Source of the DNA: Octopus bimaculoides
Taxonomy: Eukaryota
Length of the DNA stretch: 64,000 bases
Assembly (NCBI RefSeq): GCF_001194135.2
Contig: NC_068982.1
Coordinates: 85,052,409-85,116,408 of the forward strand
Direction of reading: 5' to 3'
The notes under the pieces were generated by a model. It did not search any database, was not told where the DNA came from, and worked only from the letters and a program-made list of their open reading frames with translations. Numbering within the stretch: position 1 is the stretch's first letter; each line of letters begins with the position of its first letter. Position numbers and translations under genes: made by a program. Shown here in pieces: positions 25,885-36,236 of this stretch.

Positions 25885-26151
25885 AGCAATATGAGACAAA
25901 GCAATTGCTGTTTGTGCAGTAGCATCTACATGTACTGTGGATCCTTTCCACGACTGTTTGTTCACATCATTATCACATTGCAGCATTAACAAGTAACCTC
26001 TGTTGATATCTTGATCATGTGTAGGATCAGTATGTGAATAGCAATCCTCTTTACCACATGTTACATTCAGAAGTTGTAAAATTAGGTTCTGGTTCTTCAG
26101 AATTCTTTCTGGAATAAATATCAGGTAGCTTAAACTGAGAGGAACACTCAC
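25885..26151 (-). CDS. MAP3K4: MAP3K4-like exon: VSVPLSLSYLIFIPERILKNQNLILQLLNVTCGKEDC...TAIALSHIA
   Basis: Acceptor gtcttccag|GTG and donor GCT|gtaagt; 267 nt, phase 0 to 0, inside ORF 25873..26166. Resembles FVPDTLAEEKSIILQLLNAAAGKDC. Confidence 0.9.
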
Positions 26152-26569
26152 CTGGAAGACAAACAATCAAGTTAAAATTTAAGCAATAACATGGTGAGAA
26201 ATATATTAAAAGGTAAGTGTGATACACATGTAAAGTTACAGTTTCCTTAAGAAATTACTGATTGTCAATCATTATTTTAATAGTTATTCTTGTGAAATTA
26301 TTGGCTGCAGAGTAGGCACTGTCAATCCATCAACAGTATCCAAATAAAAACATATGACTTATAAACTCTCTCTTGGAACCTTTGTATTATCAAAATTAAT
26401 TTTCTTACAAATTGTTTGCAAACATCTAATAGGATCTAACAGTAAGAAAACAAAATATGATTTGGTTTACAGTTTAAAGCTTAAATCCTTTTGACTAAAA
26501 GCACAGCTGAATATTTAATACTTCTGACTTTCTCAAATAACTCTCATACATTTTAAAAATCATACTTAC

Positions 26570-26653
26570 CAATACATGCTTCATTTCTTCCAATTTTGAT
26601 ATAATCTCTATTTTGGAAACATTCATTTTGTATGAAGCAGCTAATTCAAGGTC
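26570..26653 (-). CDS. MAP3K4: MAP3K4-like exon: DLELAASYKMNVSKIEIISKLEEMKHVL
   Basis: Acceptor ttttatag|GAC and donor TTG|gtaagt; 84 nt, phase 0 to 0. Continues the KMLR(K/N)-DLEIAA motif from the previous exon. Confidence 0.9.
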
Positions 26654-26961
26654 CTATAAAATCAACCATAAAACAATTATAGGCTATTAAGAATATAAGT
26701 AGTTTAGACAAATCTTTTTAATATGTTAGAGGCACAATGTAGTTTAGAAATAATACATTTCTAAATCTCTCAGAGAGATTTATGCAGTAGCAGCACGATA
26801 AAGTGATAGTATGTTGTCAACTTAATGTGACAGTCCCATGAAAGGGAAGAATGCTATTGTTATTTAGCCCCAGGAAACGCCGTTTCTTGTTGGACTTGAC
26901 ACACTTCCCGTATACTTATGTTTTCAAAGCGGAGACAAGCACCTACCCAGCAAAGCCAGCA

Positions 26962-27004
26962 TGCAGAGACTAGTTTCAGAGTCATTGCTCATCATAAGTC
27001 TGGA
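26962..27004 (-). ncRNA. Second copy of the same hammerhead, core mutated (CUUAUGA)
   Basis: Minus strand reads tccaga-CTTATGA-tgagcaatgactct-GAAA-CTAG-TC-tctgca. Confidence 0.7.
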
Positions 27005-27439
27005 GTAGCATGGCTTGCTAGCTGTTAATACCTATCCGCCTTTGAAAACATATATTTCAAGTGAAATACATTCAGTGATTTTTGAAAATAGAAGTAATAT
27101 ATTTCTAAATCTCTCAGAGATATTTATGCAGTAGCAGCACAATAAAGTGATAGTATGTTGTCAACTTAATGTGACAGTCCCATGAAACCATGAAAGAGAA
27201 GAATGCTACTGTTATTTAGCCCTAGGAAACATCATTTCCTGTTGGACTTGACATATTTCCTGTGTCCTTATGTTTTCAAAGTGGAGACAAGCACCTCCAC
27301 CCAGCAAAGCCAGCATCCATCTCTCTGAGAGATTTAGAAATGTATTATTTCTATTTTCAAAAATCAGTGAATGTATTTCACTTGAAATATATATGTTTTC
27401 AAAGGCAGATAGGCTTCAACAGCTAGCAAGCCATGCTAC

Positions 27440-27482
27440 TCCAGACTGATGATGAGCAATAACTCTGAAACTAGTCTCTGGA
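27440..27482 (+). ncRNA. Minimal type-I hammerhead ribozyme with intact core (GUC cleavage after 27476)
   Basis: tccaga-CTGATGA-t-gag-caataa-ctc-t-GAAA-CTAG-TC-tctgga: perfect 6-bp stem I, palindromic stem III ACUAGU, and stem I extended by gctagca(27422-28)/tgctagc(27483-89). Confidence 0.82.
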
Positions 27483-28399
27483 TGCTAGCTTTGCTGGGTG
27501 GAGGTGCTTGTCTCCACTTTGAAAACATAAGGACATAGGAAATGTGTCAAGTCCAACAAGAAATGGTGTTTCCTGGGGCTAAATAACAGTAGCATTCTTT
27601 CCTTTCATGGGACTGTCACATTAAGTTGACAACATATTATCGCTTTACAGTGTAGTTTGTTTCACATTTACTTCTAACAACCATAATCAAATATCTATAA
27701 ACAATCTGCCTTCTTTTTTAACAACAAACTTAACAAGGAAAACTCAATGAATAGAAATGATTAGTCTATATTTACTATTTTAATGTTTTGGATTATCTAA
27801 CAGTAAAGGATAAGTACCAGATCTACCTAGAAACAATTTTTAAGTTTCATGCTTGGATATCCAGTAGATGCGCCATCATCAGGATTGTCTTCACATGAAG
27901 GTTGATTGAAAGCATTTTACAGAAAATATTTTGTGAGATTTTTTCATTTAGTTTAGTTTGATAACCTAAACATGCAATTCTATATGCACTTCTTTTTAAA
28001 ATTTGAGATAGATGTGTTGATGCTGCAAGTAGATATTTTTTTTAAAAATTTATTTATGTGTTTCAGCCAAGTGGCTGCGGTCATGCTGGTGCACCAGACA
28101 TTTTACATTTTGTATAATTGCAAAATAATAAATGTAGTAAATAAAAATAAATTAAATTTTCTATTTTTAAAGAAAATACGTAAATGTCGTTTTGATTATT
28201 TAAGGACTATACTATCTTAATACTGAAAAAAAAACAAAAAAAAAAACAATAAATGTAAAAAGGAATATGCTATTATCAAATTAAGGCATCTTCTAAAGTG
28301 TATCATCAGGCAGTTTAAGTAAATCTACATGATCTTAATTCTTTGGATTATTAATCTTTTTAATAGAATTTTTTCTTTATAATTTGAAGTTACTCAGTG

Positions 28400-29150
28400 T
28401 GGCAAATAACCAGCAGTTAAACAGACCTTAAGCAACTACTTACTTTTTTTGGAGTTACCAAATAAAAAGAAATAAATAAAAAAAAATCAAATGTGCTGTC
28501 CTAAAAAGTAGAAAATGATCAACACAAGGTTTAGAAGAATTAAGATCATATGTATCAGGGAAGTAACAAAAAAGAGAGTTCCATAAGGTAGGGGTTTGAG
28601 GAAAAAAATTACTTAAGCTGCTAATCTCCTACAAAAGGGGGGCAGAAAAAGTGAATGGATGAGAATTAGTAGAAAGGTGGGTCATTCAGTCATATATATC
28701 GTGAATCACCTAACAAATGCCAAGCCCATCATATAGGGTTCACAATTACTATGAAGTAAATAATAAATACTCAACCAATCTACTCTGCAACTGTATGTTA
28801 CTACAAGGGTTTGTCTGAGAAAATTCAGAGAATAAACACATATACAACAGCAAAACTGTGTTCAAAAGTAACACCATACTGCACAGATACTTCAAGAGTA
28901 AACCTACTCAAATCTGTTTAGAGCATATGAACTGCATCTATAACATCTCATGCATTTACAGAAAAATTGGAAAGAATATAAAGATCAGAAAAGAGGATTA
29001 TTGTAAAGTAATAATAAGAGATGAAACATCGAAGTAAAGAACGACAGAACACATAGGGTGTGAGAAAAAGAACCTAATACCATTATGGAATAAAATTTCC
29101 ATAACTGACTATGAACCACAGGGGAAGCTTAGAAATATACAAGTCAGGGT
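28400..29150 (-). mobile_element. Decayed CR1/L2-like LINE 3' fragment
   Basis: Degenerate C-terminal RT-region similarity. No clean ORF. Confidence 0.4.
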
Positions 29151-29460
29151 ATGACACATCCCTGTACTTTTTAACATGGCTATAAAGGGTTGGCATCAGG
29201 AAGAGCAATCAGCTATAAAATTGCCACAGAAAGCCCTACCTAACCCATGTTAGGTGGGGCTTTCTGTGGCAGATGTAAAAAAAAATAATGCATAAAAGTG
29301 CCCATGTGGTTTCACGTAAAAGCATTCAGTACACTCTGTAAAGTGGTTGACATTAGGATGGTCATCCAGTTGAAGAAATCATACCAAATCTGGTGCAGCT
29401 TGCTAGTTCTAATCAAACCATCAAACCCATGCCAGCAAGGGCAACATGATGATGATGAAG
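29130..29460 (+). mobile_element. RTE-type 3' tail(s)
   Basis: gggttggcatcaggaagagcaatcagc and agtacactctgtaaagtggttgacattagg...ccatgccagc, ending (atg)n. Confidence 0.6.
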
Positions 29461-29958
29461 AACACTAATAGCACAACCAGTAAGTTCAATGCTGACATCA
29501 GCAAAACATGCCTGATTTTTTTGAAAGATAAATATTAACAACCCCAAAATGTGACATTAATCATACATGCAGTGGATAAGAACATAATCAGCTTTCATTT
29601 AAAATAAAGATTCTGATTTTTAACCTAGACTGGTACTATGCACACATTTGAGAGTACAATACCTGATGACAAATAGAAATGAAACCAATCAAAATAAGGT
29701 TAATTTTATTCTGTTTTTCATTTCTAAAGATGAGTTTATTATAATCAAAAAAATTATAATCTACCAACTCATCTCAGAAAAATAGACATTTAATCAAACA
29801 AATTTTCTATGTACTGACTTATTAGACACACTGAAGTATATGATGGAGATCTTAGACTTTTTATATTAACCACTACGCCACATGCCCACTCATATGGCGT
29901 AGTGGTTAAGAGCACGGGCTACTAACCCCAAGATTCCGAATTCAATTCCAAGCAGTGA

Positions 29959-30010
<52 letters not shown>

Positions 30011-30024
30011 CATAATAATAATAA

Positions 30025-30722
30025 ATGCCCGGATGCAGTACCAGGCAGTGGCTCTCATGGCTTCTGATCTTAATTGATTGGAAGTGTTATCATGTACATT
30101 GTTTTGTCTTGGTATAAAAAGATGGGCTACAGCAAATATTCTGCTTAATACCACAGATTTGCTTGTCAGTTGTTTGACCTTAACCAATTGAGCATGTCCC
30201 TTGGTGGCTGACGATATNNNNNNNNNNNNNNNNNNNNNNNNNNNNNNNNNNNNNNNNNNNNNNNNNNNNNNNNNNNNNNNNNNNNNNNNNNNNNNNNNNN
30301 NNNNNNNNNNNNNNNNNNNNNNNNNNNNNNNNNNNNNNNNNNNNNNNNNNNNNNNNNNNNNNNNNNNNNNNNNNNNNNNNNNNNNNNGGGGAGCATCATA
30401 GCTATGTGTTGAGAGGAATTCTTTGGGGTTTGAATAATTTACCTTTGGAAACATGGGTATTTTGCTCAACATCCTTAAACGAACCTTATTCAGGGACCTT
30501 TTGAGCAGGATGGGCTACCCGACCTGAAGAAAATTCTAACTGGGCCCCACCTGCGAGGTCATGCGTTGTTTATCTTGATATGAGATCACCATGTCACGCA
30601 CATATGGTTGTGATGCATGTGCCTGGTGTACCCTTATCAGACGGGTAGTCATGATAGGTATATTGGGCTTCGTAAATTTTACCCCGGTGTCACTTTGATG
30701 GCATGCACTGCTCTCTTGCTCA
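30025..30722. repeat. Unclassified interspersed repeat flanked by (AAT)n (contains gap)
   Basis: Non-coding block of distinct composition, bounded by AAT microsatellite on both sides. Confidence 0.45.
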
Positions 30723-30740
30723 ATAATGATAATAATAATA

Positions 30741-32013
30741 TTAGGTTGTCAAGAAAGTTCTTGCGGAATTTTAAATTTTGGTTTTAAATGATGTATTTTC
30801 AAATTTCATTAAATTACTTTGACTTTATATATCATTTTAAAGTCTGTTTTTCGCTCTATTTAATTGTGTTACTCTTTTTCTTTTTGAATAATTAGGCCAT
30901 TTTTTACGGAATGTTGAATACAACATGGACAAAAAGCAAATTCACACAATTTTCTTATTCCAGTTCAAGCTAGGCCGAAAAGCTGCTGAAACAGCTCGCG
31001 ATATCAACGATGTGTTTGACCCAGGAACCACTAATGAACATGCAGCACAATGGTGGTTCAAGAAATTTCGTAGTGGTAACAAGAGTCTTGAAGATAATAA
31101 GCGTAAGGGGCGGCCATCGGATGTTGACAACGATCAGCTAAGAGCTTTAGTGAAAGCCAATCCATGCACAACTGTTCCAGAGCTTGCTTCTGAATTAGAC
31201 GTAATGTATACATCAATTTCCAACCACTTGAAAGAAAGTGGAAAAACAAAATTACTTGAGAAATGGGTACCGCACAAATTGAACGACAACCAAAAAAAAA
31301 CGCTGTTTTGAAGTGTCGTCTTCCCTTCTTTTACGCAAAAAGAATGACCCGTTTCTTGACCAGATTTGACTTGCCATGCAAAGTAGATTCTTTACAACAA
31401 CAGGTGACGCTCAGCTCAGTGGTTGGATGCCGACAAAACTCCACGGCACTTCCTGAAGCCAAAGTTGCACCGGAAGAAGGTCATGGTGACTGTTTGGTGG
31501 TCTGCAGCCGGTCTCATCCATCACAGCTTTTAGGATCCAGGCAAAACCATTACAGCGAAGTACTGTTAACAAATGGATGAAATGCATAAGAAACTCCGAC
31601 AACAACAGCCAGCATTGGTCAATAGAAAAGGACCAATTTTCTCCACGACAACGGCCACACATCACACAATTGACCCTGCAGATATTAAACGAATTGGGCT
31701 ACAAAACTCTGCTTCATCCATCATACTCACCAGACCTCTCACCTACTGACTACCACTTTTTCAAGCATCTCAACAACTACCTGTGTGAGAAATGCTTAAA
31801 AGGCCAAGACGATGCCAAACATGCCTTCAACAACTTCATCGCCACCAGAACGCAGGATTTTTACGCTACTGGCATAAATAAACTTGTTTCGTGTTGGCAA
31901 AAGTGTGTTCATTCTGATGGTGTTTATTTCAATTAATAAAGTTTTGTTTGAGCCGAGATGTGTGCATCTGAATTTAAAGGTTAAAAACCGCAAGAACTTT
32001 CTTGACAACCTAA
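30741..32013 (+). mobile_element. Full-length (1273 bp) mariner transposon, Hsmar1/cecropia-like, frameshifted transposase
   Basis: 26-bp perfect TIR ttaggttgtcaagaaagttcttgcgg and TA TSDs at 30739-40 and 32014-15. Motifs: MDKKQIHTIFLFQFKLGRKAAETARDIN (HTH), KWVPHKL, HPSYSPDLSPTDYHFF. Confidence 0.97.
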
Positions 32014-32071
32014 TAATAATAACATCAAAAAATACCTTAGGAATGAGAACCCAGGTTCGAAATTTCCCCAA

Positions 32072-32117
32072 GACACCTGATGAAGGCTGGAGGGTATATC
32101 AGCTGAAATGTTGTGTT
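32072..32117 (+). ncRNA. Minimal type-I hammerhead motif in the SINE tail
   Basis: gacac-CTGATGA-a-ggctg-gagggtatat-cagct-GAAA-tg-TT-gtgtt. Restoring two CpG to TpG changes gives ggctg/cagcc stem II and palindromic ACGU stem III. Confidence 0.7.
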
Positions 32118-32183
32118 AACAACAAACAAGATGAGGACAAATATCTGTCAAATGTAAATAATGTAAATAATGAAAGTACTTAC

Positions 32184-32283
32184 ATTTCTCAACATTTTGG
32201 CAAAGCCTAAAGCTTTTGAAGTTCGTTCACGTCCTTCACGGAAAAGATTTTTGGAGTCACGAAATGTTTGCTGAATACGATGT
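32184..32283 (-). CDS. MAP3K4: MAP3K4-like exon: HRIQQTFRDSKNLFREGRERTSKALGFAKMLRN
   Basis: Acceptor cactttag|A and donor AAT|gtaagt; 100 nt, phase 2 to 0. Matches the LKELFHEARERASKALGFAKMLRK motif. Too short for the ORF track. Confidence 0.93.
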
Positions 32284-32359
32284 CTAAAGTGAACAGTAAA
32301 TGAAAATACACTTGTTAAAAATGTTGTTAAAAAATAAAAATTTTTAAAAGGAGCTGGTC

Positions 32360-32590
32360 TTCGTCATCATTATGTATAAAGTTACACAGGTTATTTTGGT
32401 CACAATTCATACCATTTGTAACATATTTGTCATCCAATGGGTTCCACCATATCTTCTACCTTGGATTAATGACTTCCTATCCAATGGCACCATTACATCA
32501 TATGCTGATGGAGCTCTTTCTGACCCACACTTTATCAACTCTGGTGTGTTTCAAGTTTTACTTTTGTCCTCCACACTCTGATTGTCATGT
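32360..32590 (+). mobile_element. Jockey/CR1-group LINE RT fragment
   Basis: LLPWINDFLSNGTITSYADGALSDPHFINSGVFQVLLLSSTL resembles WISSFLSNR...SGVPQGSVLSP.L. Confidence 0.65.
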
Positions 32591-32829
32591 AGCAAGTGAT
32601 TCTGTAATATTAAGGTTTCTAAATCATTAGTGAGACAATACTTCTGTTTATGAGTTAATGTACTGCATTTTTGTGTCCTATTCTCATTGCTTCGATCAAA
32701 TAAACTCAGGTCTGTCTTATTTTTTTGTATATATCTTGAGGTCATCCATATAAAGTAGGTACTTTATTCTTATCTTTGTTTTGATAGACCCGTAGGCGGG
32801 CCTGAATTTTTTTCAGTATATTTGTCAGA

Positions 32830-33762
32830 GGGATTAACACAATGATGAAGTGTTACAGAGAGAGCAAGTCTCCTTAGAAAATGCTCCTATACATTTCCAT
32901 ATTACCTAGTGATTCATTTGCACATGTCAGTTATACTTCCCATTCTCTCATTGCCTTCTCCAGAAAGTTGTTTATCTTCTCATTGACTCTGAGCATTCTC
33001 AGACATTTCAAGGGCCAGATGTGTGAGACACTGTTGTAGGCCTTCCAATAATCTATCTATCCAACAGCTAAATTCTTCCTCTCTCTTTTCTTTGTCCTTC
33101 TCTATAAGTACTGTCCTTCCTTTTATCATCCATGTTGGTGTTCCATTTTCTATGCAGTCAATTAAACACTCATATATAGCTGTGTATACCCAGGAGGTTT
33201 TTGAACCACAGAACCTGGATACCATTTGGTTAGGAGGTTTTCCAGTTTCGAATTTTCTTAATCATCTCTTTTACTTTCTTAAAACTGATTGTTATATTCT
33301 CTAGCATTGCTCCATCTTCCATTCCTCTTTTAAATTCCCATAACCAATCTGCTTTTTTATATTATGTTAGACGTCCTTGCTCTAGATTTCCAAGCAGAAT
33401 TTTCTTACTGCTTCAGCTTCTGCATATCATTTCTTTTCTGCTCTTTTAAACTGATAGAATTTTCCTTTGTTGATCTTGAAGAGTCTATTCTGTTAATACT
33501 GATTTGCTCTCTTTTAGTATCAGTTACTTTTTACCTACTTCGATTTTTTATTTTTTTGCTTTAGTTCTTCTTTAACTGCATGCTGGCTCTTCTGATTTAT
33601 GTTGTGTTCCCATGTGTCTCTCCTTCACCTTTTTCTTTTCTACGATTGCATTTTTACATCCAAGATCTCTTTTGAGCTATTCAATTTGATTCTCAAGTCT
33701 TTGTTCCCACCACGGGGATTTGTCCCTTGTGCTTCTTTCACTTTTAACTCCAAGGGTGTGCA

Positions 33763-33765
<3 letters not shown>
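32830..33765 (-). mobile_element. R4/Dong-like (restriction-endonuclease-type) non-LTR retrotransposon fragment next to (AAT)n
   Basis: CLIDCIENGTPTWMIKGRTVLIEKDK RT motif. The 5' side abuts the (TTA)n tract at 33764-33830. Confidence 0.7.
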
Positions 33766-33810
<45 letters not shown>

Positions 33811-33859
33811 CATCGTTGTTATTATTACTATTACTAAAGTTACGGTAAAGATAAGAAAA

Positions 33860-34330
33860 ATGAAACATGTTAATCTCTGGTTGTTAGAATGTAAGAACTT
33901 TACAAGGCAGCAAAGACAGTCTAGAACAAAAAAACTGCACTAATTGCAAAGGTAATCAGCTCATATAATATTGATATTGCTGCTCTATGTGAAACCAGGC
34001 TTGCAGATACAGGTGAATTAGAAGTTGTGAGTGGTTATACATTTTATGTTTTGGACTGAAAAGCCAGCAGATGAGCCAATTTTTTTAATTTACCATTAAA
34101 TCACTTTACTGTGTAAGTTGCCATCCATCCTTCAAGTTGTTGTGACCTTTTGAATACCCATAGGTAATTCCCTATTTATGTATATTATCAGTTCATATGC
34201 ATCTACTTTATCAGCACCTGAACAAGAACATCACATATCCTATTCTAAATTGCAAACAGTTATCAGTAAAATTCCATATCATGACAAAGTCATATTGATA
34301 AGTAATGTTAATGCCAAAATAGGTAACAAG
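33860..34330 (+). mobile_element. RTE/BovB-like APE endonuclease fragment
   Basis: IAKVISSYNIDIAALCETRLADTGELEVVSGYTF matches the RTE APE N-terminal motif DIAALSETRL. Confidence 0.75.
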
Positions 34331-35179
34331 CACACCCTCCTTCGCTGTCAATTATGTCTCCTTGGAGTTGCAAGACCACCAAGCATTTGAAAGAATTAAT
34401 TTCAAGGGTGCTCTTCTTATTAACTATTTCTGAACATTTGCCACATATGAAGTCCTCTTCTGACCGAGTGGCTGAGATCTTACTGCAATTCTTGAACACA
34501 AGTTAATGAAACTTTTACCTATTCCTTTTCCACATACTGGATTAGTCAATTCCCAGATTTTTGCAAAGTTTTGTTTTCTTTCCATCTGGCTAAAACTTTC
34601 ATCTTTGCTATGTTTACTTCAAGAATTCTCAGATTCTAAGCTTTGAACCCACATGTTCAACTAAGAAAAATAAATTCTCAATGTGCTGAAGTTCCTATGG
34701 AGACTCAGTTTAAACTCTACCCTAATGGCCTAGGGAACTATAACACACAAGAGGCTATGACAGATAGAGGACAAACTATAACACAGCAGCACTGAACCCA
34801 GAACAAAATTGTTTTTTTTGGCAATTGCTACAACTTGCCCTGCTTGTCCTGCATTGGACAAGCAGATCATCAGTATGTTTGTTCTTGATGTGGAGAGCCT
34901 CCTTCATGGATCTGCATCACAAAGCCAAACTATGATAATTGCCATTTTCATACTATTTATTTTTGTTACAGTGGCTTCATATGCAAGCATTTTACACTAA
35001 GTTGCTTGGTTGATGTATTTCTGAAGTTACATTTAGGTGTAAGGTATGATTTGATTATAGTGTAATATCTGAGAGTATACTACAGATTATGGTGTAATAC
35101 CTGACAGTAAGCTACTGAAAGACAGCAAGCTACAGTTTCTTAGAAAGCAACTATAGCTTGCTGTCACAGTTTTAAAATT

Positions 35180-35545
35180 TTATTACCTCCGCCTCAGTGA
35201 TGGCAGATGTATTGTTTTCAGTTGTGTTTGTTTGTTAGTCCGTGGACAAGATATCTCAAGAGCCACTGAGTTGATTTGGATGAAAGTTTCAGGGATGTTT
35301 GGCTTCATGACTGGTATGAACTGATTAGATTTTGGGATCGATGTGGTACTGGACAAGGATTCTCGATTATTTTTCTGGTTATTTTACTTAATTTTTGAGA
35401 GCGATTGGGTTCATTTTTAGTATTCTCGTTTGTGAGAGCAGCTGAGTTTATTTCAGATATTCTCATTTTAAAAATTATCCCTGCCTAATCATTGAGAGGA
35501 CGTCGATGTTGCCTTGGTGGATATTTGCGCTCTCTGAGTGCTCTT
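35180..35545 (+). mobile_element. Non-autonomous Helentron/HINE-like element
   Basis: 5' ttattacctccgcc sub-TIR and a decayed 3' partner ccttggtggatattt, followed by the stem-loop gcgctctctgagtgc and a T tract. Confidence 0.6.
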
Positions 35546-36236
35546 GTTTTAGTTATGAAGTTACAAGAAAGTGTTTGCTCATCTTTATCCTGTTTTATTT
35601 TTTAAAGATGTTTTTACTGTATTTTTATTTACATCTTTGTTTGATGAGACACAAGCTTGTCAAGTCTGATTTCACAATTTTTTTTTCTCAAATCATTTAC
35701 TTTGATCTTGGTTACTTTCTACAATCAACTCAAATACCTCCATTAACATGTATCTGACATTTACATAGCATATCCATACTAATAAATATTCTATCATAAA
35801 AGCAACTAGTATTAAATATTTTTTTCTAAATTCACCAAATAATCATAAATTCTCTTCACATAAATATAATCATTTTTATCTTTGTTTAGTCCTTGGTTAA
35901 TCATGAGTAGGTAGATGTGTGATCAAAGATATTCCAGTCATAATTACACTATCTGTTTAAGAGTATGTAGTGTCCTTTCCCAAGACAACAGAATATGCTT
36001 GAGGAAAACTCCATTGCTATTTTTAGCAGGTCAAATAATCATGTAGAGCCTCCCAAGTAATCATGTAGAGCCCATAAATATAGAAATAAAAATGAAAGGG
36101 AATGCTTAAAATTCAAAATACATATGCAAAATTCTTTACAAAGAAAGAAACAAAATTCAAATAAAAAAATTAAAATCACATTAGAAACATATTTAAATTT
36201 TAGGGGAAGAAATTTTAAAATCAAACATTCATTTAC

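Larger units (their letters stand above)
26745..27650. repeat. 344-bp tandem repeat (copy A, partial copy B) plus an inverted, circularly permuted copy C; hammerhead-bearing, retrozyme-like
   Basis: atttctaaatctctcagaga occurs at 26757 and 27101 (period 344). 27320-27650 is the reverse complement of about one full permuted unit. Confidence 0.93.
29896..32170 (+). mobile_element. tRNA-derived SINE split by nested insertions: head 29896-29965, (AAT)n linker, hammerhead-bearing tail 32014-32170
   Basis: A-box ggcgtagtggtt and B-box-like gaattcaattcc, then (aat)n. The tail aacatcaaaaaataccttaggaatgagaacccagg...ctgatgaaggctg...aaatgtaaataatgtaaataat lies after the mariner. Confidence 0.7.

Noticed and set aside
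29896-29965. tRNA gene
   Set aside because: It has A/B-box-like motifs but no complete cloverleaf and runs into (AAT)n. This is a SINE head, as are 55965 and 63580.
33599-33943. Poly-Ile, poly-Asn and His-Thr repeat ORFs (also 29942, 41787, 48611, 63679)
   Set aside because: Translations of AAT, CA and TA microsatellites.
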